From Hyaloraphidium curvatum SAG 235-1 (taxonomy: Eukaryota > Fungi > Monoblepharomycota), in NCBI GenBank assembly GCA_025558095.1, contig JAIVFI010000005.1, forward strand, positions 868,001-932,000: 64,000 nucleotides of DNA. Direction: 5' to 3'. The first letter of the stretch is position 1, and each line of letters starts with the position of its first letter. This document shows positions 35,046-45,927 of this stretch, piece by piece. The notes beneath the pieces are model-generated. The model ran no database searches and was not told the origin of the DNA. It saw nothing but the letters and a program-made list of their open reading frames with translations. Both the position numbers and the translations under genes were made by a program.

Positions 35046-37409
35046 CTAATCTCCAAGCTTGGCACGGTTCGCCCGGTACCACTCCACCGTCTCGCGGATG
35101 CTCTCCGCCAGCGGCGCGAATCTAAAGTCGGGGCACGCGGCCTCGAACACGCTGGTATCCGCCGTCCTCCTGAGCGGCCCATCCACCGCGTCGGTGTCGA
35201 AGGCCAGCCCCCCCTTGAACCCGGCCGCATCTGCAACCATGCCCGCAATCTCCCTGATCGAGTGCTCCGGCCCCGCAACAATCAGCGGCTCCCCTCCGCG
35301 GTGATGCTCCAGCGCCCACATCAGCGCCCGCGCGAGGTCGCGCGCGTGCATGAGCTGCCGCAGGGGCCGGCCGGTGCCCATCACCTTGAGCGGCGCGTCT
35401 CCTCCCACTTCTCCCGCCGCGATGGATTTGGCGATGAGCGCATTGACCAGTGGCGCCGTGGCGGCCCCGAAATCCCCGTGCGCGCCGAAGAAGTTGCCCG
35501 GCAGCACGGTGGAGAAATCCTCCCCGTGTTCCTTGTTGTACCAACGCGTGAGCGCAGCGAGCGCGCGCTTGGCCAGCGCGTACGACTCCCCGGCGGGGTG
35601 CAGGGTGCCTTCCTCCGCCTGCGACGCGGTGACGGGGTAGGTCGCATCCTTGGGGAACATGACCGTGGAGAGCACCGACACCACCCGAACGGGTCCGCAC
35701 AGGTCGCGCATGTCGTGCGCCGAGCTGAGCACGTTGTTGTTGGCGGCGACGTTGCCGAGCCAGAACTCCACGGGGCGGGCGGTCATCTCGTTGAGCGACT
35801 GCAAGCTGGCGGCGAGGTGCAGCACCTGGGTCGGCTGCACGCGGCGGAAGAGGGCTGAAGTGGCGAGGGGGTCGGTGAGATCGGCGTTTGCGCGGCGGGC
35901 AAAGAACCATTCTGTCGAGGAGGCATCGTCGGATGGGGGGCGATCGCAGCCGACAGCGCTGAGGCCGCAGCCGTTGGTGATTGGTGCACCCTGAGCCGTC
36001 CTTTGCCCGTTGGAGAGCCGAAGCACCTCGGCCTCCACCGCGCGCCCGAGCATGCCCGCCGATCCGGTAACCAGCACCACATGATGGGGCCGGAACTCAA
36101 AGCCCAACAGCGCATCCACCAGGAACGCGACGTCGGCGTCGCTGACGGGCGAATGGTGCACCCCAACAAAGAATCCGCGCGTGTGCAGCACCTCCGCTCC
36201 CGGGAAGTCCGACGGCCGCAGCCCCGGCATCGCGGCGGCTACCATCGGCTGGCGGGCAAAGTTGCCACTCACGATCGGGCGGTTTTCCACGCCTGCCGCC
36301 GTGAGGTGCGCAAGGAAGGCCCGCAGCTGGTGGGCGTACTTGCGGCGGAGTACGAGGCCGACCCCGAACCACGCGGGATCGGTGCCCTCCGCGGCCCGCA
36401 TCAGCGACATCCTGTCCGCGAACCGCGCATCGGCTTTCAAAGCGGCCTCGATCCTGGAGAGGTTGTCCTTGCGGCACGCGTTGAACTCCTCCAGCTTCCC
36501 CAGCTGCACCCTGAGCATGGCCCCTTGCACCTCCAGCGGCCTCACGTTGAACCCGGCCCCCACGAACAGGAACCGCGGGTCGATGTCCGGGTGCGCTGCT
36601 TCCGTTTTCGAGCGATCAGCGTCGTGCCGCGTCCAGCCGTGCGCTCGAAGGCGGCGGAGGCGGTCCGCATCGGCGGGGGTGCGGCAGACGACCATGCCGC
36701 CCTCGCCCGAGGTGATGTGGTGCGAGAAGTAGAAGGAGAAGGCGCCGAACTCGCCAAAGGTGCCGAGCATCCGAGGGGGAGACTTGCCGATCGTGGAGCG
36801 GGAGCCGAGAGCCTCGCAGGCGTCCTCGATCAGAAGCAGGTTGCGGGCGCGGGCGAGGTCCAGCATGAGGGCCATCTCGGCCGAGTTGCCGAGCACGTGC
36901 ACGGCCATCAGCCCCCGCACCCCTGGGTTCGCTTCGCACGCGGCCGCCAGCGCCGGCAGCGATATGTTGAACGTCCCCGGATCGACGTCGACAAACACCG
37001 GCTTGAGCCCCAGCTGCAGCATTGGAGCCACCGATGTCGACCAGCACACCGCCGGCACGAGCACCGCGTCGCCCCTCTCCAACTTTTGCTCCCTCGAGGG
37101 GTCCATCAGCGCGCACAGCATCAGCAAGTTCGCCGAGGAACCCGAGTTGACCATGACCGCGTGCGGGGCGCCGACGGCCGCGGCGAACTCGCGCTCCGCG
37201 GCCTCGACGTTGACGCCCATGGTCAGCCGGCCGCTGAGCAGCACTTCGGTCATGGCGAGCAGCTCCTCTGCGCCGAAGGCGTTGGCGGCGAGTGGGAAGC
37301 GGGGTGCGGAGGAGGTGGCGGAGGTGCGCTCGGCGCCGCAACGGGAGGCCCACTCCGCGGCGACGGCCGCACGCCAGGGCGCCGCGTCGTCTGCCGGTAC
37401 GTCGGGCAT
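35046..37409 (-). CDS. Fusion: ColD-like PLP-dependent GDP-4-keto-6-deoxymannose 3-dehydratase plus GDP-fucose-synthase-like SDR reductase, intronless
   Basis: N-domain: MVNSGSSANLL, VPAVCWST, EDACE, FYFSHHITSGEGG, LRAHGWTR, GFNVRPLE, RPIVSGNF. C-domain: VTGSAGMLG, HLAA, YALAK, GTGRPLRQ, FDT..DG. Confidence 0.92.
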   Translation of the reverse strand: MPDVPADDAAPWRAAVAAEWASRCGAERTSATSSAPRFPLAANAFGAEELLAMTEVLLSGRLTMGVNVEAAEREFAAAVGAPHAVMVNSGSSANLLMLCALMDPSREQKLERGDAVLVPAVCWSTSVAPMLQLGLKPVFVDVDPGTFNISLPALAAACEANPGVRGLMAVHVLGNSAEMALMLDLARARNLLLIEDACEALGSRSTIGKSPPRMLGTFGEFGAFSFYFSHHITSGEGGMVVCRTPADADRLRRLRAHGWTRHDADRSKTEAAHPDIDPRFLFVGAGFNVRPLEVQGAMLRVQLGKLEEFNACRKDNLSRIEAALKADARFADRMSLMRAAEGTDPAWFGVGLVLRRKYAHQLRAFLAHLTAAGVENRPIVSGNFARQPMVAAAMPGLRPSDFPGAEVLHTRGFFVGVHHSPVSDADVAFLVDALLGFEFRPHHVVLVTGSAGMLGRAVEAEVLRLSNGQRTAQGAPITNGCGLSAVGCDRPPSDDASSTEWFFARRANADLTDPLATSALFRRVQPTQVLHLAASLQSLNEMTARPVEFWLGNVAANNNVLSSAHDMRDLCGPVRVVSVLSTVMFPKDATYPVTASQAEEGTLHPAGESYALAKRALAALTRWYNKEHGEDFSTVLPGNFFGAHGDFGAATAPLVNALIAKSIAAGEVGGDAPLKVMGTGRPLRQLMHARDLARALMWALEHHRGGEPLIVAGPEHSIREIAGMVADAAGFKGGLAFDTDAVDGPLRRTADTSVFEAACPDFRFAPLAESIRETVEWYRANRAKLGD

Positions 37410-38060
37410 GGTCGAGAGGGCGATTAGGCGCGCGCGGAAGTCTTCGTCTTGAAATCTGCTATCCCCGTAAGCTCGGTCCGAGGGGTGGTCCAGGCCGGGG
37501 TCCACCGCGGTGCAACCGCATCCGTTCCTCCACAACCGCCCGCATGCCCCTTTGGTCCCGGACGATGCAACGCACGGAGGATGCAATGGAAGACCGCCCG
37601 CTGGGCAGCCGTCCCGCCACGTCCATGCAATACCTATCCACGGATAGGCCGTCCATGTGATCCCTCAAGGTGGTCCCTCAACGCTGCCGAGAGCCTGGGC
37701 AATCCGGAACCGACGTCCTGTCCTACCGGCCAGCAGGTGCCACACTGCCGGGCCAATCCTGCGAAAACGCGGGGTAGGCCAATCGGATCGCCAGTATGGA
37801 TCACCGAGTCGAAGTCTCCGTGTCCAGCATCTCGATGTGGGGCTTTTGGGGACGGGGCGGAGCCGGGAGTATCGGGTCGGACGAAAACCGGGACGGCGAT
37901 CCTGTTTTCGCGAGCCTTAGCCTTCGGCGTCCCCCGCGATCGGGAAGCAAGAGACAGAACGAAAGGATCAGATCGGGGACCCAACCGTGCCGTGGTGGTG
38001 CGCGAGAACACCGAGCAGCAGCAGCAGCATTACACAATCCAAAGAGTTCCAAAATCCGCC

Positions 38061-39817
38061 TCATTTGCCCCGCACCTCGGCCGCGTACTTCCTCTCCAAC
38101 CCCGCCCTCAACCTCCTAGCCGCGGCCTCGAACAGCCGATCCGCGGCTTCCAGATCCTCGTTCCCCTCCTTGGTCGCCTTCCCCCCCACCGTCCCCTCGT
38201 CTCCCTCCTCCCGCGGCGGCGCCGCGCCCACCTTCTCCCGGGTCCACGCCCACCCCTTCCCCGCCAGGCCGGCCCAGTCCGCCGCGGATCCCAGCAGGTG
38301 CAGCACGAGCGCCGCCGCGCACGCCCCCCCGAAGCACACGAACAGCCCGCCGAGGAATCCCCACGTCAGCGGCTGGGTGGTGTACGATGCCGAGGCCACG
38401 GGGCGCGCGGAGCAGTCCACCGTGCGGACGGTGGCGAGCGCGGCGTTCCATGCCTGCTGGATTACGAAGGTCTCGGTCAGGCCGACGAAGATCTCCGAGA
38501 GCACGGCGCCGAAGGCCGCCGTGCACCGGTCGTCCAAGTCCAGCCGGTAGGGCAGCTGCACCGTCAGGTCGCGGATGTTGGGCCCGACGACGGTCAGGTT
38601 GCAGAGCTGGTTCGAGGCCTGCCATCCGACGATCTGCCAGTCGTTGTACGACAGGACGGCTGCGTCGCACCGCTGCGCCTGGAGGTACTCGAGCACCTGG
38701 GCGTTGGAGTTGGCGTCCGTGACGATGGGCTGGATCTGCGGGTAGAGGTTCATGACGAGGTCGCGGGCGGAGGAGGTGGCGCGGAAGCAGACGCGCGCGC
38801 GCTGCACGTTGGCGTCGGTGATGGAGGTGATTTGGAGGCCCTGGCGAGGCGAGCCGATCCAGCGGTACGAGGGGGGGCGTCAGTGTCCAATCAGAACCAC
38901 TTTCGGGGAGGAGCCCACCCTCGAGTTCTGCAAGATCATCAAAGACGTCAGGTTGGCGACGTAGAAGGCGCAGATGCAGAAGGTGAAGAAGAGGTAGAGC
39001 AGGTACAGTGCCCTCCCGGAGCGCTTATCCGGCAGGTAGGCCTCCCCGTGCCGGAAGGTGCGGGCCGAGTTGTACAGCGCGATCTCGGCGGGCGGGTCCG
39101 CCAGGGAGTCGGACTTGGGCACCCCGCGCCGGATCTCGAACCGCGATATCAGCAGCTGCGCGATCCAGTGGCACACCACCGCCACCCCGACGGCCACCCA
39201 GAGCGACCAGTCCAGTGGGTACAGGAAGATCCAGAAGGTCGACGCCGGCGGCGCCGAGTTGGTCTGCTCGTTGACGATGAGCACCAGGGAGGCCTCGAGC
39301 AGGGCGGGGGTGAAGGACATGCCGAGCGCGCGGCGCGACGAGGTGTCGAAGACCACGCGGGCGACGGTGTCGTAGTTGCGCGTGACGTTGTTGAGCCAGA
39401 CGTCGTCGGACGTGTTGGCGGTCTGGCTGGGGATGAGCACGTAGTTCCCTGCCACCCGGAAGGGGGCGATTAGTCGGCAATCAGGAACGGGCCCGATGCG
39501 GTGTTCCCACAATCGAAGGCACCCTGGACGGCGGCCTGGTTCAGCACGTCGTACAGGAAGCCGGAGCGCGGCTTGCCCTCGGGGGTCAGCGAGAGGTATG
39601 CCGGGTTGGCGGCCGTGAAGACGGCGACGGTCGGCCGCATGCCCTCGAGCGCGCGGCGGGCGGCCACCGAGCCGTTCCGCACGGCGGCGGCGCGGTCGCA
39701 GAAGTCCGTTCGCTGGCCGGCGGAGGGGGGCAGCAGCGCCAGCAGGAGGGCGGCGAGGGTGGCGAAGAAGAGGGGCGGCCGGCCCCACCGGGCGGCGCGG
39801 CCTCCGGGCGGCCCCAT
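38061..39817 (-). CDS. Ionotropic glutamate receptor-like ligand-gated channel (no ATD), 3 exons
   Basis: Signal peptide; S1 (GFLYDVL, R...MSFTP); M1 (FLYPLDWSLW); pore loop; M3 FYVANLTSLM (SYTANLAAF-like); S2; M4 (LTWGFLGGLF). Confidence 0.85.
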
Positions 39818-39973
39818 CGGCAGCCGCGTCGGCCGCCGCATCGGAGGGAATTGGGGCGCCGAGTCGGCTGCGGGGACGGCTCCGAGTGAGGAATCGGGAT
39901 TGTGGCTTGGAAAGTTCCAGTGTGGCTGAGCGGAGCGTCCCCCGCCGACCGCGCACGGGCTTCGCTGGAAACG

Positions 39974-42862
39974 ATGCGGGGCCTCCACCAGCCGGGCAGC
40001 CGGCCGGCACCCGCCCTCCTCCTTTCCCTCTGTTTGTTTGTTGGGGGCGCGGCGGCGGCGCGCGCGGTGCTGCCGGGCACGAGCGACGCCGCGGTGGCCG
40101 ACGTGCCCTCGCAGTGGTCGCTCGTCTACCCGGTGTCGCAGGTGGCCCGCGGCGCGCAGCTGCAGTTCCCCCTGACCGCCGTCGCGGACGGCGAGCAGCC
40201 CGGCCGCGACGTCGCCGTGGGCCGCGCCGCGTGGGGCGTCGCCCGCGTGCCGCCGTCGGGGCCGCTCGCCAACGTCGGGCTGAAGCCGGTGCCGCTGTTT
40301 GCCGCCGGCGTGGCCATCGTGCACCGGCTGCCCATCAGCGGCCTGCTGAACCTGTCGCAGGACGCGCTGGTGGCCATGTTCGATGGCAGCCTGGGGGGGT
40401 GGGCGGACGAGCGGATCGCCAGGCACAACCCGGGGCTGTCTGCGATTGCCGCCTCCGCCGGACCACCCGTGCTGGTGGCTCCCGGGGAGCCCGTTTCGGG
40501 CCTGACCTTCGCCCTGACCTCGGCGCTGGCCAAAATGTCGCCGGCCTGGGCTTCCTCCCTCGGCGTATTTTCCGATGCCTCCAAATTCCCAATACCCTCG
40601 GCGAACCGCTCCATCGGCCCCGAAGCCACGGTGCCGCAGCGCGTGTTCGCCACCGACTGGTCCTACGGCCTCGTCGACTACGCCACCGCCCGCGCCTTCG
40701 GCCTCCCGTTCGCCGCCGTGCAGAACGCCGCGGGCACCTTCGTCCCCCCCTCGGTCGACTCGATCCGCGCCGCCGCCTCCGCTGCCTACGCCTCCTCTCC
40801 TCCCGCCGACTCCCCCATCGCGGACGCGGGCAACGCCCCCGGCCCGTCGAGCTACCCCCTCGCCGGCACCGCCTCTCTGCTCCTCCGGGAGGGCAACCCC
40901 CCGGACTGCCGGCAGGCCTACGAGGCCGTGCGCTTCGCTTACTGGACCCTGCGCGACCCGGACGCGCTCGCGATCCTCCGCAACCGGGGTTTCGCGGATT
41001 TCCCGGCGCTGGCGGCGGCGGGGGAACGGGCGCTCGGCACGGTCCGGTGCACCAACGGGATCGCGATACTGCCGCAGGTCCAGGCCGACATCGCCTACGA
41101 GCAGAGCTCCGTGCGCGACAGGGTGTTCTTGATCTGCGTGTGCGTGGCCGCGGGGACGGTGCTCCTCGTGGCGCTGGGGTCGTGGCTGTGGTTCCGCCAT
41201 CAAGACGGGGTGAGGAGGGAGGAGATCAAGGACAGCAAGCGGACGCTGGTCAGACTGCCGGCCGAGGTGGTCGAGCGCTCGCAGAGGGAGCTGAACGACA
41301 AGGTCAACGTGCCGGTGCTCGAGGCCGCCGAGAAGCCGGCGGTCGGGCCGACCGGCGCGGCGATCCCCGTGCCCGCGGACCCCGTCTGGCAGGCCCGCAT
41401 CATCCGCACCCTCGGCGGCAAGGTCCGCGCCGTCTTCGGCCCGGCCCCGTACGACTCGCTGGTCTGGAAGCCGGGGATGCTGCACGCGCTCCGCCCCGCG
41501 AGCATCGGCGACACTCTCACGCGCGCCGGCCGCGCGCGGAGGATGTCGTCCGCGGCCGCGGGGGCGCCGAGGGACGAGAAGGGGAGGGTGGTGCAGGTCG
41601 CCGCGCCCTTGGCCGTCCGGCCCTTCTGGCAGGCTTCGTACCTCTCCCACGTGCTGGTCACGCTCCTGCGCACGCTGATGGACGCCGCGGGGCTGGCATT
41701 GAACTGGGTAGCGCTGTACTCGTTGCCCGAAGGGGTGACCCTCGCCACGGCCTACGGCGCGCTGTGCGTGATCGGCTCGGTGCTCTTTGTCGCGCACGCG
41801 GCCACGCTCTGGGCGGCGGCGATGGCGAGCCGGAGGGAGGACGTGGACATTTCCAGAGCCACGCTGCGGGGCAAGGAGAGGGTGATGCGGCACACCCTCG
41901 CGTTTTTGAAGGCGGAGCTGAGGAGGGTGAAGCTGGCGTGCGTGCGTGAGGGCGTCAGCCGGACGTCCATGGTGGGTCGCCGCCCCTTCCGGAGGACCCG
42001 GTCGACTCGCTGACCCGGCCCGGTCCAGCTCCTCCGCGAGATACCCTTTATCGCCGTCACCGCCGTCCTCATGATCGACTCGGCCTTTGTCGACCCGTTC
42101 GTGCTGCTGGGCCTGTGCGGAAACTGCGTCTCGCTGGGGTTCAAGGCGAGGTCGCTCCCCATGTCGCTGGAGGACTTCCGCGCGCTGGGGGATCTGAGGG
42201 ACCTGTACGGGATACTGGCACGGGCCGAGGGGGGGGCGGGGGACGGCGTGGTGCCCCCGGATGGCGATGGCGAGGCGGAGGAGGGCAAGAAGGGTGGGGG
42301 CGAAGGGGCTGCGGGGGTTGGGGAGCGGGAGGACGGGGACTCGGATGCCGGCGGGGAGGCGGGGGAGCTGGAGGTGGACGACGGGACTCTCCGATCGACC
42401 GCCCAGGGCTCGGGGTATCCGGCGCACGAAGCGGAGCTGCTGCCTTCGGTGGCCGATGCCGCGCTTCCTCCGCCTTCTTCAGACGGGGAGCTGGATCGTT
42501 TGGACGATGCCGAGCCCCGGGACGCCGTGTCGGCTGAAGCGGTTCCGCACGAGACGCATGGTTCCGCGGCGCCTGCCGATCGCCACGTCACCTACGCCGG
42601 GCTCGACGCCTCTGACACCATCCCACCTCCTGACAGCCCCGAGGACCCCAGCACCGCCGTCAACTCCCCCAAGCCCGCCGCTCCCGACCTGACCGCGGAC
42701 GCGGATACCCTTCTCGCCGATCTCGACGGCCCTCCGGCCCTGGGACCCGCAAGCAAGCTAGCGCAGCTGGACGATCGGCGGAAGGACGCCCGCGCGTACG
42801 GCGTGGAGCTGTACGCGAGGATGCTGGGAAGAAGGGAGGCCGCATCTCGCGGCGGAACGTGA
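39974..42862 (+). CDS. Membrane receptor-like protein with an extracellular PstS-type binding domain and several TM segments
   Basis: Signal peptide; PLFAAGVAIV, L.LS...L..MF.G....W.D.RI..HNP, SG.T..LT..L, A.VQN.AG.FV.P, YPL; then TMs and an acidic tail. Intron near 41973-42028. Confidence 0.78.
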
Positions 42863-44458
42863 TGCAAACTGGGACTGCAACGGACTTGCATGCTGATATT
42901 GATCATGATGTATTCTCTTCGCTTTTCAGCGTTAGAGCCGAACTGTCTTTTGTTTGGGTCCGTGCCGGTTTGCGAGGTTAATGAAGTTCGGACTGCCCCG
43001 TCACCGCTGCCCCCTGAGCCCGTACCGCTCCAAGCGCCTGCCTTGGGTCTGAGACCCCTGCGCGACGTTACACCGTGAAGGGCGGTAGACGAAGTCCTCC
43101 CGCGGGGGGAACCGGCCTTCGGCGCGGCCGACAAGGCTGGTTCCAGTTGAAGCAAGCGTAGGTTGCCGTCGGCCGTCCGCCCAGACTTTTGTCCCTTCCC
43201 GGGACGTTCGCGAATGGCAGCGGACGGTGGATGGAGGGACGGTAGCGCGCTCCCGGGGCGAGATTGTCGTCTCCGAGGTCATCGTCCCTGGAACTGGGGC
43301 GGGGGCGAGCGGCGCCGGGGCGCTCTGCGGGTCCGCCGGCGTCCAGGGATCCCGGCAACCCAGGGAAAGCAGGTACCGTCACCGCTAACCCACTTCTATT
43401 CCAACAAGATCGGGTTGGCCCGAGGACGAGGCTCTGGACGACGGGGACCAAGCCGGTGGCTCAACGGACCTTCGCCGCCGTTGGCAGTGCCCATCCGGAA
43501 AGGCCGGAGTTACCGCCGCCGGCACTGAGCCGCAGCGCTAGCATGACCTCGAACTGCGGGCCTGGAGAGACGCGGACCGGCTCGACGGGGCCTCCTTGGG
43601 AAGCCTCCGTGAGCCAACGCACGGTGTCCTTCCAGCGCTAGCTCCTTTCGCACTCGGAGGAGGAGCTGGCTCGGACATACGCCACAATTCGGAGCTGCCG
43701 ACCAGAGAACAGCAGGATCAGAGCTCATGGGACGGGGTCCGCGTGGAGCAAGCAGATCGGAGCTGGTGGGACGGGCGCCGCCGCCGGGGGCGTCGCGGGA
43801 AGCCCCGCACAAGCTTCGTGGCAGCCCTCCCTCCAGCGCGCGGGAAGTCCACTTTCGGGGAGCCCGGGGACACCTACAGACAGACCGGAGCCCCTTGGTT
43901 CCTGCTCGTTGTCAGCGTTGTCCTGGCGCGGAGCTGTGCATTCTGGCCTGCCCGATAATCCAGGACCGTGGACGGGGCGACGACACGGTTAGGTTAAGGC
44001 CCGGCAACGGGAAGCAGCCAGCGCCGAGCTCGTCATCCTAGTCGTCGCGACAACCGAGTATCCGTCCGTTATTCGGAAGATCCAGCATGACGACGAGGTG
44101 CGGGGAGGCCGAAGGACTGGGCGCCTCAGATAAAACCATCCGGCGCAGGATGGTGCCAATTGGTTGAGCAGTTTGGGGTGTCTACTTGGTCGTCGCTCTG
44201 GAAATGGTGGGAAAAGGCAGCCTTGAATTGGATCGGCCGCCAACTGGCGCCTCGTATTGCTCAATGTACATCCGATGCTCCAATCAAGGGCTAACCGAAG
44301 ACCCTGCTCCGGACCCCGAATAAGTACACCTCCGAACTTGAGGGGCCAGTAATTGGATCTGTCTGCGGAAGGGGGAAGGAGGTGAGCTTCCGTCGAGGCC
44401 ACTGCTGCGCTCTGGCAAGGAACCTTTAGCCCGCGGGAAGCCGCGGCTGCAACGGGGC

Positions 44459-44985
44459 CTAGGCCGGAATGACGGGGCAGGCCCCGCCACCAACAACGAG
44501 GACCGTGTTGTCCGGATTCGGGGGGGCGACCGGGCACGCGAGGGCGCAGGTGCAGGTGTTCGGGGCGACGGTGAGCAGGGTGGCGTACGGCATGATTGGC
44601 AGCTGCGATGCGCACTGCGCGGCGCAGCTGTCGGGCGTAAAGTTGATCCCCGGTTGGGCGACGCCGGGACACATGCGGGTGGCGCAGGTTGTATAGACCG
44701 GGCCGTAGCGGCGGTACAGGTGCTTGCTGCTGCCGTAGCGCACGCACGCGACGTGGCCGGCGGGGGCGCCTGGGAACGCGAACTCGCTACGGTAGGAGCG
44801 CTCAGCGCAGGGTACGACGGGAGCGGGGGGCTCGGATCCCACCAGAAGTAGGCCTGCTCGCACTCGGAGCACGAGCGACGGAACACCGGGGCTACCGCTG
44901 GCGCGGGCGACGCCGCGGCACCGGCGACGAGGAGGAGCACTGCGGCGACCGCGATAGGCAGCAGGGGGCGCACCGGGCGAGGCAT
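44459..44985 (-). CDS. Secreted Cys-rich protein, unrecognised family copy 4 (2 exons)
   Basis: Signal peptide, then VFRRSCSECEQAYFCEFAFPGAPAGHVAC..LYRRYG..C, WSC/PAN-like CAAQC..YA..CTC, GGGACP; intron 44787-44842. Confidence 0.8.
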
Positions 44986-45927
44986 TATTGTCACCGGGAG
45001 GAGGAGCGATGGGTAGGGGAATGGGGATAGGGGTTGTGGGGACTTTCAAGGATCGTCTCCTGGGTTGAGGGACGTTGAGGGACGTGCCCTCGATCCATCT
45101 CCGCGGATTGCTTACACTCTGCGGCCACCTGAAACTCATGGGCGAGTGCATTGGACCGCGTGCGGCGGCGCCGGCGGCGCGGCGCGCGTCTCGCCGTCGT
45201 TCTTCGGCCCGGTCCTCGAAGTCTGTGACGTAATCATAGGGGACGGTCGGATTTGCCCGTCTGACCCGTAGTCGGGAGACCCGTGCACGTCCGCATCTCG
45301 ACTCGCGCAAACCACTTCACCAGATTAGGTGACGTGACGGACCGGCCGAAGTTCCGCCCGTCGGGTTCCCGCAATGAGTTCTCAAGGGCCGGAGCTCACA
45401 GGCGATTTCGTTGCCATCCTGCGAATGCGTGCAGCTCCCGGCAGCAAAGGGCTTGAACGGACGACACCGCGGCGCGGCAAGTTATATGGGGAACACGGGC
45501 GGTGAGCGGACTCCTCACTTGGTTGTCTGACAGGCCGACACAACTTTGACTTTGTCGGTGCGGTACGAGCACAATCACTGCAGTGAAGGGCAAGGTAGGG
45601 ACTCGGAAGTCAAGTCGCGGCTCGTAGTCTTTAATTGGTGGCATCCGTGGCGGTTCGAATAGGCCGCGATAATCGGCCACGTCATCCCGCCCGGGTGGAC
45701 ACGGCAACCTGAAACAAGAAGAGTTCCCACCCGTCTCATTTCCTCCGGGGCTATTAACATTGAACGACAGTTCGGACTTTGGGAAAGGAGAGGCAGATGT
45801 GGCCCCGCGGTTGGCTGATCGAATCTCCCGACGAGGGATGAGTCTGCAGCCTTCTGCAGAGGAGAAACACTCGCGACATCCCGCAAGTCCCTTCCCTGTC
45901 TCCCCTTCGGCCCTCGACCGCGCCAGA

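Noticed and set aside
36100-37409. Perosamine synthase or generic DegT aminotransferase call
   Set aside because: The catalytic Lys position is His (SHH), which fits a C3-dehydratase.
37449-42427. Long ORFs 37449-39473(+), 39470-42427(-) and 39886-41949(+)
   Set aside because: Antisense or off-frame shadows of real GC-rich genes; Arg/Pro/Gly-rich with no motifs.
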